Below are positions 42,867 to 54,064 of a DNA stretch of 64,000 bases, one piece after another. Position numbers and translations under genes: made by a program. The stretch's first letter is position 1; each line of letters opens with the position of its first letter. The DNA is taken from NCBI RefSeq assembly GCF_006345805.1, contig NC_043001.1, forward strand, positions 103,230,001-103,294,000. Direction: 5' to 3'. The notes beneath the pieces are model-generated. The model saw nothing but the letters and a program-made list of their open reading frames with translations, did no database searches and was not told where the DNA came from. The DNA comes from Octopus sinensis. Its lineage: Eukaryota.

Positions 42867-42943
<77 letters not shown>

Positions 42944-43064
42944 TATATATATATCGTTTTTCTCTCTCTTAGATGAGTGTACGCTGGGATAAAACCTGAC
43001 GTCCCACGATGCTACTATGAATATCTATGTTTATATCACTATTTTACACGTATATTTTTACATG

Positions 43065-43825
43065 TATTTTTATTTCTTTATTGCCCACGGGGGTCTATAC
43101 ATAGAGGGGACAAACAAGGACAGACAAAGGGACTAAATCAATTACATCGACTCCAGTGCATGACTGGTACTTATTTAATTGACCCCGAAAGGATGAAAGA
43201 CAAAGTCGACCTCGGCGGAATTTGAACTCAGAACGTAATGGCAGACGAAATACCTATTTCTTTACTACCCACAGGTGGCTAAACAGAGGGAATAAACAAG
43301 GACAGACAAAGCGATTAAGTCGATTATATCGACCCCAGTGCATAGCTGGTACTTATTTAAATCGATCCCGAAGGGATGAAAGGCAAATCAACCTCGTCGG
43401 AACTTCAACTCAGAACGTAACGGCAGCCGAAATACCGCTAAGCACTCCGGCCGGCGTGCTAACGCTTCTGCCAGCTCGCCGCCTTTGTATATCAAATGTA
43501 TGTGTAGCATGCATAGAGCGTTGGGCTCACAATTGTGAGGTAATGAGTTCGATTCCACGACCAGGAAGTGTGTTGTGTTTTTGCGCAAGACGCCATAATT
43601 TACGCTGCTGCAGTTCACTCAGCTGTGGGAACGAGTTGCGACATCCCTGGTGCCAAGTTGTCCGAGTTTCCCTTGGACAGCATCAGTGGCATGGGGAGGG
43701 AAGGAGGGTGGTATGCATGGCTGACTGTTAGTCTTCCATAAACAACCATACCCGGACTTGTACCTCGGAGGGGAACGCTCTGAGTGCAATTCCATGGTCA
43801 CTTATGACCGAATGGGGTCTTTACC
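43065..43825. mobile_element. SINE cluster (OR-like reverse copies plus a further tRNA-like SINE)
   Basis: GACCCCGAAAGGATGAAAG..AAGTCGACCTCGGCGGAATTTGAACTCAG cores; GAGTTCGATTCC box B. Confidence 0.68.
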
Positions 43826-43861
43826 TTTTACATTTACACAACACACACACACGTAGGTATG

Positions 43862-43904
<43 letters not shown>

Positions 43905-44488
43905 AATCCAAAAGGGAAACAAAAAAACAACAACAACAGGAACAATTACAGTATTATTATTAATAGGCGCTCAGGAGATGGAAGCAGAGATATATATGTA
44001 TATGTGTGTGTGTATTTATATTCAGTTATAATAAAAACAAGTTTTCATTAAGCTGATGGCTTACTCTATACTTTTGTAGAGACGAATTTATAATTTTTAA
44101 ACAAGAATATTGTTGACAGTGACTTCGAGGTCGCGACGATGTCGTAATCGGCCAAAACGAAACTGTCAATAATATCATTGTTTAAGAATTACATGTATTA
44201 TTATACTATGAGCCTTCCATAGTAGCTTTCTGTCCGTAAGTTATAAAGCCTTCCGCGTTTATTTACAAATATTATATATAGTATTAGACAGTTTAAGTAT
44301 ATATTAACAAATTTTGACTGAAATTGATGGGTGAGCGTTTGGCCAGTTGGATGCGCAAGGAGTAGTGTTAGCGTTGATTTGTGGGTTCGATTCTGACTAG
44401 GGTTAGTTCCTCATTTCTCAGTCATTTGTTTGTATTTACAAATTGTCTCTTCAAATCGAAGAATAAAATATTATTATATATTATACAG

Positions 44489-44900
44489 TTATATAAATAA
44501 TAAATATTAGGGAATAAATCCAAATTTACAGGGAAAAAATCAGATTTAGGATTAAATCCAATTTTATAGTAAAATATTATAAAATATTATTAGAGACAAA
44601 ACCACTATTTTGCAAAACAAACAAGGAAAGACTTAATCAATACATAAAATTTTAATAAATAGTCAAAAAAACCGCCACTACAATTGTTTCTTGCCTTGAT
44701 CGACAATCTTCAGGTGGACTTCCAATCTAAAATATCAATATTTTAAAATATAAAAATAATAATTTTAAAATAATTAAAGTATGAATGAAAAAATATAAAT
44801 ATATAATCCATATATAACCTATATATAATCCATATATAATCAATATATAAACAATATATAAACTAAAATAAACCTATCAACAATTAAATATAAAATATAA
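44489..44900 (-). repeat. Inverted copy of the PLE 5' segment 47340-47750
   Basis: ~410-bp reverse-complement match that includes the hammerhead. Confidence 0.92.
44675..44717 (-). ncRNA. Second minimal hammerhead ribozyme (inverted copy)
   Basis: Reverse complement of 47523-47565 with one stem II change (gacaa to ggcaa, a G-U pair). Confidence 0.82.
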
Positions 44901-46334
44901 ACACACACACGTGTGCGTATTTTGATTGTGCAACTCGCCCATATGCATGTATGCGGGCGCGATTACATTGTTGCACATATCGAGCCCAAATAGCATGCAT
45001 ATGTACATGTGAGGGGGTACACGTACATGCCGTGCGCGTGTACCCCCTGCATTTATACCCGTGCGTGAATATACACATGGAGACTACCACACAGGTACAA
45101 ATGTGTATAGTAATGGGAGCCCCATCACTACACTCAATGTATAATCTCACCCATCCGCACGGATGTGAAAGTGAATCTCCGGTGTATATGTTGAGGCTTA
45201 TATGTAGCGCTGTGGAGGTGAACGTCGTTGAAATTGTGAATGAATGGGTGGAGTTGGGAATTGTAACCGGGTGGTGGGCTAGCGTTGCTTGGAATTGGGA
45301 ATGGAATAGTGTAGTAGTAAGGCAGGCATCGAGAATAGATTTGGGTTACTGCAAGTTGTTTGTTAGAGCTGCTAAGATGAGCTAAAGCTCATAATTGTAT
45401 ATAATAATTTATTATGGTAGTTTTATTAAAGAATCCATTCATAATAAATTTTTTTTAAGTAGTGTTGGTTTGCCACGTGGATATAGTTTTTAGTTCCATT
45501 TATTCTATTTCTCCATTCATAATTTTAAATGACGTTTACTTTCCATGGCGCGTATTCTTTTTTTACATAAGTTATATTTCTATGGTAACGTAATTTTGGT
45601 TTGATTTTTTAACGGCTAAGAATTAATTTCACTTCATAATTTGAAACTGACTTGTAAGTATGTATTTTATTTCTCCTTATGTCATATTGTTATTTTTGAT
45701 ATTCTGGTTAATTACGATGTATTTAATGTTGTTTTTTATTGGAGTGTTTATGTATATGAGATTGTGTGTGAGTTTTTAGTTGTATAATTTATTTATCTGT
45801 ATGAGTGTGGGTGTGTAAATATTGTTGTATATATCGAGTTTAGTGAGTATGTATATGCGTATATGTGAGGGAGTATATGTATCTGTTGTGTGTGTGTGTT
45901 TTGCGTGTGTGTGTGTTTGTGTGTGAATGTGTATATGGGTTTGTTATTTAGGTTTTGGGATGTATGTGTTAATTGTCTGTGTGGGGAGGGAGTGGGTTTT
46001 TGGTGTATATTGAGGTTTATAAGTTAGTATAGGTATGTGTATAAGTCGTGGATCTGTGGTTTACGTGTGTGTTTTTTGTGTGTGAATGTTTAGGTTAGGG
46101 GGATTGCTATATAGGTTTGTTATAGAGTTTAGCAAAGGGAGATTTTATCGTTATATGGTTTTAAGAGTTTTGGTTTATCATGGTTTTTTTAGGGAATTCG
46201 TGGTAATTTGTCTATTTTCGATGTTGGTTGTTTTATTACATTGTTTCATTCATAATTTTTGAGTGGTGTTCGTTTTGCCACGTGAATATTATTTTTAATT
46301 CCATTTATTCCATTTCTCCGTTCATAATTTTTAA
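44901..46334 (+). repeat. Direct repeat copy 1 (~1.43 kb, pseudo-LTR)
   Basis: Near-identical to 62525-63958 (offset ~17,624 bp). Confidence 0.93.
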
Positions 46335-47100
46335 GTAGTGTTGGTTTGCCACGTGGATATAGTTTTTAGTTCCATTTATTCTATTTCTCCATTCATAATT
46401 TTTGTGTTTATTTGTCTGTGTGGGGTTGAGTGGGTTTTTGGAGTATATGTTGAGGTTTATATGTATGTATAGGTATGTGTAAGTGGTGTGGGTATTTGTA
46501 TATGTCGTGGGTGTGTGGTTTACGTGTGTGTATTTGTGTGTGAATGTATAGGTTAAAGGGATTGCTATATAAGTATGTTATAGTGTTTAGTAAAGGGAGG
46601 TTTTATCATTTATGTTTTGTGAGTTTTAGCTTATGGTAGTTTTATAAAAGAATCCATTCATAATTTTTGTGTTTATTTGTCTGTGTGGGGTTGAGTGGGT
46701 TTTTGGAGTATATGTTGAGGTTTATATGTATGTATAGGTATGTGTAAGTGGTGTGGGTATTTGTATATGTCGTGGGTGTGTGGTTTACGTGTGTGTACTT
46801 GTGTGTGAATGTTTAGGTTAGGGGGATTGCTATATAGGTATGTTATAGAGTTTAGTAAAGGGAGATTTTATCATTATATGTTTTTATGAGTTTTGGTTTA
46901 TCATGGTAGGTTTGTTAAGGAATTCGTAGTAATTTGTGTCTATTTGCGATGTCTGTTGTTTTATTGCATTGTTTCATTCATAATTTTTAAGTAGTGTTCG
47001 TTTTACCAAGTGAATATAATTTTTAATTCCATTTATTCCATTTCTCCGTTCATAATTTTAAGTGATGTCCGTTTTCTAGAGCGTGAATGTGGGTTGTATG
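45780..47100 (+). repeat. G/T-rich degenerate tandem subrepeats within the PLE leader
   Basis: Recurring units such as TTCATAATTTTTAAGTAGTG..GCCACGTG and GTGTGTGGTTTACGTGTGTG..GGGATTGCTATATAGG. Confidence 0.75.
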
Positions 47101-47522
47101 TGTGTGTGTGTGTGGGAGTATGAATAAGTATTGTGTTGAAGTATTTAGCTATTTTATTTATTTATAGTTGCCTAGACGTTTTTATGTGTATGTATAGGGA
47201 TATATATATAGGTGTGTGATTTAGTGTATGTAGTTAGATATGGTTATATATAATTAGGTATATGTGTATGGGTGTATATATAGTTTATTATTATATTATT
47301 ATTATTTTTTTGTTTTGTTTTATATTTTATATTTTATATTTTATATTTTATATTTAATTGTTGATAGGTTTATTTTAGTTTATATATTGTTTATATATTG
47401 ATTATATATGGATTATATATAGGTTATATATGGATATATATTTATATTTTTTCATTCATACTTTAATTATTTTAAAATTATTATTTTTATATTTTAAAAT
47501 ATTGATATTTTAGATTGGAAGT

Positions 47523-47565
47523 CCACCTGAAGATTGTCGATCAAGACAAGAAACAATTGTAGTGG
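47523..47565 (+). ncRNA. Minimal type I hammerhead ribozyme
   Basis: ccac-CTGAAGA-ttgtc(gatcaa)gacaa-GAAAC-aatt-GTA-gtgg: full core, stems I-III and a palindromic loop 3. Confidence 0.85.
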
Positions 47566-47797
47566 CGGTTTTTTTGACTATTTATTAAAATTTTATGTAT
47601 TGATTAAGTCTTTCCTTGTTTGTTTTGCAAAATAGTGGTTTTGTCTCTAATAATATTTTATAATATTTTACTATAAAATTGGATTTAATCCTAAATCTGA
47701 TTTTTTCCCTGTAAATTGGATTTATTCCCTAATATTTATTATTTATATAATATTGATAATTTTGTATATTGAGTGTAATACCTCAATTTCGTAAATT

Positions 47798-49000
47798 ATG
47801 GATTTTACAGGTAAGATAGAACCGCTGTTTTGGGATTCATCTTTGAAAGATATTCCTATTCCTTCTAGAAAGGAATTTATCTTGAAACTTGTTAATAATG
47901 TTAAAGATTTTATTTCTAGAATTAAATGGAAAGCTTTTTACTATAATTTTTATTTATTTAATGATATTGATAGTAGGAATGATAATTTTACCTCTAAATT
48001 TAAATCTAGAAAGGAACCTCCATTTAATAAAGAATTACAATTACTTGAAGATAGTATATGGAAGGTGGTAAAAAATATTGAATTCCATAAATACCCAAAT
48101 AGAAATAATGAATATTTAAGGAATTTAGCAATTAAAATTAAAGATATGAGAAATATGGATGGTATTATAGTACAATCTGATAAAACAAGGAACCTATATA
48201 AATTAGATGTTAAATTATATGATAAACTATTAGGAAAAGAAATAATTAAAAAATATAAAATTGTTCCAGATGATATTCTTTATAATATTAATAAGGCCTC
48301 TAAAGTAGTAATGTTAAAATATGAGTTGGATAATAAAACTGAACCTTATGTACCTTTGCACCCCAGAATTACTCTTAAAAACCATAAAGATAATTTTTAT
48401 TCAGACCCTAAAGTTAGATTAATTTGCTCATGTAAATCGGACCTAGGTAAATTAAGTAAATTTATTTTAGATAAATATATTGATAAGTTAAATAAACTTA
48501 ATTATTTAAAATTATGGTTTAGTAATAATAATACATTGAAATGGTTTAATAATATTAAAGATAAAAATGGTTATAAATTTATTCAAATAGATATAGATAA
48601 TTATTATTCTTCTATTAATGAAATTGTGTTTAATAAAGCGCTTATTTTCGCAATGAATAAAGTGGGTATGTCACGGGAAGAAGTTAATGTAATTAAAATG
48701 GCTAGGAAATCGCTAATTAAATATAAAAATAAATTATGGGCTAGGAATGATACTAGAGATTGTTTTGATATACCTATGGGAGCACCAGATTCTGCACAGG
48801 CTACTGATTTAGTAGGTATTTTTCTTTTATCTGAACTCCAATTAGAAAATCTTAAGATAGAGGGTGGTTTATATAGAGACGATCTTCTACTAGTTACAAA
48901 GAATTGTACTAATAGGAATCTAGAAGTATATAAGAAAAAACTATATAGTTTCTTTAAAAGATATGGTTTAAGTATTACTATATATAAGGAGAATTATAAT
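47798..49000 (+). pseudogene. PLE reverse transcriptase, N-terminal ~401 codons, cut by the virus insertion
   Basis: SLKDIPIPS...RIKWKA, SDKTRNLY, DIDNYYSSI, IPMGAPDS and LYRDD. The tail of the track ORF (to 49099) reads into the viral TIR. Confidence 0.9.
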
Positions 49001-49306
49001 GTAATACGTGACGAGTACAGCGCAGTTCACCTAAAAAATCACATCATTTCTCAAAAAAGTAGCCAAAAAACCACTTTTAACAACACTTTTTATGGATAAA
49101 TCAGCAAAATACCCTAATATTCATGCTATTTTACCGCATTTTTATAAATAATCCCTCAAATCCGTTTTTTAACCGAAGTTTTTCCAGAAATATCACCAAT
49201 AAAAAATAGCTCTCGATCGCCAACATTTTTAGAGGAGTCACGTGACACCTTCTAAATCATGTGACTCTATGACTCATCCATACGTTCACCGATCAGTCAC
49301 GTGACC
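49001..49306 (+). repeat. Left terminal inverted repeat of the virus
   Basis: GTAATACGTGACGAGTACAGCGCAGTTCACC...GTCACGTGACC is the reverse complement of 59986-60292. By eye the only difference is A6 vs A7 in one homopolymer. Confidence 0.95.
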
Positions 49307-49418
49307 TAACCCCTAAAAAATCATAAGTAAAAAAAAAAAAAAAATTTAGGTGTTGGAAAAAACAGTAAAAAAAAAAAATCTAGTCGAAAAAACCCAATCA
49401 AAATTTGTTCCTAAGAAA

Positions 49419-52400
49419 ATGGCCAAGCAGAAATTCCAAGATCTAATTTACCACGAAACATTCGAATTAAAATCTATAAATGAAATAGCAAAAAAAATTA
49501 AAATTAGGTTTTACCCAGTTAAAATTAAATTAGCTATTTTATGTAAATTTTATAGACCATCTGATGATAAGAAAGTAGAAAGATATTTTAATTTAAAACC
49601 TATGGTAATTAAAAGTGAAAACAATAAAACTAAATTATTCTATAGTACTACAAAACAATTTAATACTTGGGTTGAAGATGTACAATTAGCAGGGAGTGGA
49701 TTTATATTTTTAGGGACTGTTGAACTAATTTTAAAACAGCATAAAGTACAATTTTTAGAAGGGTCTAGTTATATACCATTAGGGTTTAAAAGTCATTGTA
49801 TTATCAATGTAAAGAATACTGATAATAAATGTTTCTTATATTCAATTCTAGCAAAGTTATACCAACCAGAAAAAGATCCACAAAGAGTAACTAAGTATAA
49901 AGAGTACTTAGATTTCATTAATATGGATAATATAGAATATCCTGTAAAAGTATCAGATATAGCTAAAGTAGAAAAACAAAATACCTTCCTTAGTATAAAT
50001 GTTTTTTCATTAGATAATTATAAAGAAAAAGAATCTTTGTATCCTGTATACATTTCAAATTATAAAAAAAGAAAAGAAGTAGTAGATCTGCTATTATTGG
50101 CAAAAGGTGAAGTAACTCATTATGCCTTAATTAAAGATATCAATAAATATTTCTCAGATAAGGTAAATAGAAATAAAAAAGTGTTATGTAGAAGATGTTT
50201 AACATTACATAGATCACAAGAAGCATTAGATAGGCATCAAGCATTATGTGAAACAAATTCACCAGCTAGAACAGTAATGTCTAGTTCAGGAGTAACAAGG
50301 TTTATTAATCCTCATTTCAAATCTAGATTACCATTCGTGATTTATTCTGATTTTGAAGCAACAAATATACCATTTAAAAAACTAACAGAAGATAACACAA
50401 GAGCACTAGCAACACAGAAAATAAATAGTTTTGGTTTATATTTTAAATCTGATTATCCAGATCTAGTTTCCTCAGAATATATTACTTATACAGGAGAAGA
50501 TGCAATTGAAAAATACATCCAAAATATCTTATTATTTTATGAATCTGTAGATGATATTTTTAGAAGTAAATCAAAAGCAATATTAACAAAAGAAGAAAAA
50601 GTAGAATTTGAAAATGCTACTAAATGCTATATCTGTAATAATGAGTTTAATAGTGATAATAAAATAAAAGAACATTCACATTTATCAAATAAATATAGAG
50701 GAGCAGCATGTAAAGAATGTAATTCTAAAGAAGGTAGATCATCTAAAATATTACCTATTCTATTCCATAATGGATCAAATTATGATTTCCACTTTCTAAT
50801 TTCTGAACTAATGAAATATGAAACTAGATATAGAAAAGTAAAAGTGTTAGCAAGAACAGCAGAAGAATATATTTCAATAGATTTTGGTAACCAATCATTA
50901 AGATTAAGGTTCTTAGATTCATACAGATTTTTAGCAAGCAGTTTAGAGGGAATTGTAAAATCATTAAACTCCTTTCCAATCCTAGAATCTGAAATGTTTG
51001 ATACTTTTGATTATGAAAAAGAAGAAATAATAACTTCTAAATATAAAACAGATCTTCTGAAAACAAAAGGAATTTACCCTTATGAATACATTACATCTTT
51101 AGAAAAACTAAAAGAAAAAGAACTTCCTAAATTTATTAAAAATAAATCAGTTCAACTAGATAAGAAATTATACAATATTCCAAAAGATCATTTTCTCTAT
51201 AAATTTATTTTAAAATGGTATAATTATAAAAGAGTTTCTCCATGGCATTCTTCTTTAAAAAGAGAAGATATAACAGAAAAAGATTACCAAAAAGCATTAA
51301 AAGTTTGGGATTATTATGATTGTAAAACTATTCAAGATTATCATAATCTATATTTAAAATCTGATGTTTTACTTTTAGCAGATGCATTTGAACAATATAG
51401 AAAATTTAATTTAACTTATCATCAAATTGATCCTTGTTATTGTTATACAAATCCTGGATTAACATGGCAATGTGGGTTAAAATATACTGATATAAATTTA
51501 GAAAACTTACAAGATGAAGATATGTTTCTCTTATTCGAAAAGGGAATTAGAGGAGGATTTTCAGGTGTATTAGGAAGAAGATACGTTAAAGCAGATTCAG
51601 AAAATCAATTACTTTATCTAGATGCAAATAATTTATATGGTTATGCTATGTCTCTTCCATTACCAACTTCTGATTTTCAATGGGAAGAAGATTTAAACTA
51701 TTTTAAAAAAGTACCAAAAGGAAGGGGTTGTATTATAGAATGTGATTTAAAATATGTTTCAAAAGAAGAAACAAAGAAATTTCCTTTAGCTCCAGTTCAT
51801 TTTCAACCTACTATAGATATGCTTTCAGAATACCAATTAAAACTATTAGGAGAAAAAGCAACTAAGAAAGAAACAGTAGAAGACGCTAAGTTGATGTTAA
51901 CATTACAAGATAAAACAAATTATGTTATACACTATAAAATATTAAGAAAATTTATAGAATTAGGAATGGAAGTAACTAAAGTTCATAGAACTATTTCTTT
52001 TATAGAAAAACCTTGGTTAGCAGATTATATTAATTTTAATACAGAAAATAGAAAGAAAGCAAAAACTAACTTTGAAAAAGATTTATTTAAACAATCTAAT
52101 AATGCCTTCTTTGGTAAAACAATGGAAAATGTAAGAGATAGAAATAATGTAGAATTATTCAATAATGCAGATATAATTAAAAAGAAAATAAATAGTCCTA
52201 AGTTTTATAACTCTGTAATCTTTAATGAAAGCCTAGTAGCAATTATAAGTAAAAAAGGAAGTGTGGTATTAAACAAACCAATTTATTTAGGACAAGCAAT
52301 TCTAGATTTATCAAAGTTACTTATGTACGAATTTTATTATGATATAGTAGAAAAGGTATGGCCTGATAATGAAATACTTTATAGTGATACAGATTCAATT

Positions 52401-52919
52401 GTATTATCTATTAATTCTAAAGATGATATCTATAAAACTATGAAAGAAAAAACTCTAACAACAAACTTTTCAGAAGATCATCCTTTATATTTAAACAATG
52501 AAAGTATCCAGAATATATTTGATACTTCTGCTTATCCAACTGATCACTTCTTATATGATGGAAAAAATAAAAAAGTAATAGGAAAATTTAAAGATGAATT
52601 ATCTGGAGAAAAGATGTTAGAATTTATAGCATTAAAAAGTAAAAGTTATTCTTATTCTACTGAAAGTTCTACAGACTCCTCTACAGAAGAGTTTAAAAAA
52701 CTAAAAGGAAGCTCTAAAGCAACAATTAAAAAAGATATTAAACTAAAAGATTTTAAACATGCTCTATTCACTAGTACAAAACAATATAATAATAACTACT
52801 GTTTAAACTCTAAGAAGCATGAAATGTACCTACAACAAGTAAAAAAGATTTCAATTAATCCATTCGATAATAAGAGATTTATTCTTGATAATGGAATTGA
52901 TACTTTGCCATTCAGATAA
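49419..52919 (+). CDS. polB: Protein-primed family B DNA polymerase (pPolB) with N-terminal extension, Zn finger and embedded endonuclease VII-like motif
   Basis: The ORF track starts at 49350 (GTG); the first ATG is at 49419. Exonuclease motifs: YSDFE, FHNGSNYDFHF, YLKSDVLLLAD. Polymerase motifs: YLDANNLYGYAM, KQSNNAFFGK, YSDTDS. Also CRRC..H...C and CYIC...EHSH...YRGAACKECN. Confidence 0.95.
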   Translation: MAKQKFQDLIYHETFELKSINEIAKKIKIRFYPVKIKLAILCKFYRPSDDKKVERYFNLKPMVIKSENNKTKLFYSTTKQFNTWVEDVQLAGSGFIFLGTVELILKQHKVQFLEGSSYIPLGFKSHCIINVKNTDNKCFLYSILAKLYQPEKDPQRVTKYKEYLDFINMDNIEYPVKVSDIAKVEKQNTFLSINVFSLDNYKEKESLYPVYISNYKKRKEVVDLLLLAKGEVTHYALIKDINKYFSDKVNRNKKVLCRRCLTLHRSQEALDRHQALCETNSPARTVMSSSGVTRFINPHFKSRLPFVIYSDFEATNIPFKKLTEDNTRALATQKINSFGLYFKSDYPDLVSSEYITYTGEDAIEKYIQNILLFYESVDDIFRSKSKAILTKEEKVEFENATKCYICNNEFNSDNKIKEHSHLSNKYRGAACKECNSKEGRSSKILPILFHNGSNYDFHFLISELMKYETRYRKVKVLARTAEEYISIDFGNQSLRLRFLDSYRFLASSLEGIVKSLNSFPILESEMFDTFDYEKEEIITSKYKTDLLKTKGIYPYEYITSLEKLKEKELPKFIKNKSVQLDKKLYNIPKDHFLYKFILKWYNYKRVSPWHSSLKREDITEKDYQKALKVWDYYDCKTIQDYHNLYLKSDVLLLADAFEQYRKFNLTYHQIDPCYCYTNPGLTWQCGLKYTDINLENLQDEDMFLLFEKGIRGGFSGVLGRRYVKADSENQLLYLDANNLYGYAMSLPLPTSDFQWEEDLNYFKKVPKGRGCIIECDLKYVSKEETKKFPLAPVHFQPTIDMLSEYQLKLLGEKATKKETVEDAKLMLTLQDKTNYVIHYKILRKFIELGMEVTKVHRTISFIEKPWLADYINFNTENRKKAKTNFEKDLFKQSNNAFFGKTMENVRDRNNVELFNNADIIKKKINSPKFYNSVIFNESLVAIISKKGSVVLNKPIYLGQAILDLSKLLMYEFYYDIVEKVWPDNEILYSDTDSIVLSINSKDDIYKTMKEKTLTTNFSEDHPLYLNNESIQNIFDTSAYPTDHFLYDGKNKKVIGKFKDELSGEKMLEFIALKSKSYSYSTESSTDSSTEEFKKLKGSSKATIKKDIKLKDFKHALFTSTKQYNNNYCLNSKKHEMYLQQVKKISINPFDNKRFILDNGIDTLPFR

Positions 52920-52944
52920 ATAAAGTTTATTTCTTTTAAACAAA

Positions 52945-53361
52945 ATGACTTATGAAAAGTTTTGTACCAAGTGTGAAAAAAGTAAAACAGAAAAAGAATT
53001 CTATAGTAACCTAAATCTTACTTATTGTAAAAAATGTATAAGAATAATATCTAAGAATTATTATAAAAAAAATATGAAACAGCAACTTATAAAACTATGG
53101 ATATCTAGAGGAATAAAAACTAATGATTTTGATGAATTATACGATAAATATTCATCTTCTACTAATTGCTATTTTTGTGATATATCTTTTGATAATACAG
53201 TAAAAAATAAAAGAAGATGCTTAGATCACTGTAATCTCTCTGGTTCTCCTAGATTTATTATTTGTAGTAAATGTAATATAAATACTCTTCCTAAATTAGA
53301 TACCCTAAGAAATAAATTACATTTAGAATTACATAGATATTTTAACCGTGTACTAAGGTAA
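52945..53361 (+). CDS. Zn-ribbon plus T4 endonuclease VII-like (HNH-fold) nuclease, 138 aa
   Basis: N-terminal CTKC...CKKC. C-terminal CYFC...RCLDHCNLSGSPRFIICSKCN matches the endonuclease VII pattern CxxC...DHxH..G..R..LC..CN. Confidence 0.75.
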   Translation: MTYEKFCTKCEKSKTEKEFYSNLNLTYCKKCIRIISKNYYKKNMKQQLIKLWISRGIKTNDFDELYDKYSSSTNCYFCDISFDNTVKNKRRCLDHCNLSGSPRFIICSKCNINTLPKLDTLRNKLHLELHRYFNRVLR

Positions 53362-53367
53362 CTTTTT

Positions 53368-53994
53368 TTAATATTTAATTAGTGTAATCGTAGCTAAGGA
53401 GTAATTCCATGTTTTAAGCACAGATTTACTAAAATCGAAATAAGAACTATTCATATGTTTTACTGTTATTTCTTTACTATCAAACTTAAAATTACCTGAA
53501 ATAAATTTATAATAAGGGGATTCAAAAGTAGTTAAAGTCCAGAAATAAGAAATATTAGGTTTTACATAACTATAACTTTCAATCATTCTATGTTTTAAAG
53601 AAGCTGTAGAAGAGGTAAAAATAACAATATCTGGAGTAAAATTAATTGTAAAAGTACCTGATCCAGTAAATGTGATATCTTGTCTTAATCCTTTAAAATC
53701 TATATAATTCCTATTTTCTTGGTATTTAGAATCTACATATTCTTTATTTGCTGCATCTGTAGGATTAAAAGGACTTCCAACATTAATAGGTGTTCTTCCA
53801 TTTAGATTCCCAGATGTCCAATCAGCGTATTCTTTTGTAGCTGCATCTGTCTTTTTTACAGGCCATTCAAGATTACTTATCCCATAATCCTTCATATCAA
53901 TAGCTCCAGAAGCAACACCATTTTTAATATAATCAGTATTTTTTATTTTATTATTTTGTGATTCTTGATCAATAGGTCTTCCAAATATATCCAT
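53368..53994 (-). CDS. Putative virion fibre/spike protein, 208 aa
   Basis: Begins MDIFGR. Has two stalk-like repeats (P..KTDAATKEYAD, P..PTDAANKEYVD) of the type seen in phage/Polinton fibres, and a beta-rich C-terminal head. Confidence 0.6.
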   Translation of the reverse strand: MDIFGRPIDQESQNNKIKNTDYIKNGVASGAIDMKDYGISNLEWPVKKTDAATKEYADWTSGNLNGRTPINVGSPFNPTDAANKEYVDSKYQENRNYIDFKGLRQDITFTGSGTFTINFTPDIVIFTSSTASLKHRMIESYSYVKPNISYFWTLTTFESPYYKFISGNFKFDSKEITVKHMNSSYFDFSKSVLKTWNYSLATITLIKY

Positions 53995-54064
53995 TTCTTT
54001 ACACTTAATTTTAAAAGGAAAAAAGTAAATTACTAAAAACTACTTAGTTTTTAGCTACCATAAA

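Noticed and set aside
44105-44190. Possible third hammerhead (GACGA...CGAAACTGTC within a short inverted repeat)
   Set aside because: The CUGANGA core has two mismatches and stem II is poor; at best a dead remnant.
2077-44410. tRNA genes suggested by box A/B motifs
   Set aside because: The motifs are SINE heads followed by family cores; no complete cloverleaf was recognised.
44951-45385. ORFs of 144-168 aa in both direct repeats (also 62497-63003)
   Set aside because: Low-complexity, GT/CA-rich pseudo-LTR sequence with no recognisable domain; conserved only because the repeat is recent.
45780-47100. CRISPR-like repeat-spacer array
   Set aside because: Units are long, degenerate and lack unique spacers; eukaryotic retroelement context.
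47798-49099. 433-aa ORF as a complete gene of the virus
   Set aside because: It is the PLE RT. Its last ~32 codons are read-through into the viral TIR, and the true continuation lies after 60292.
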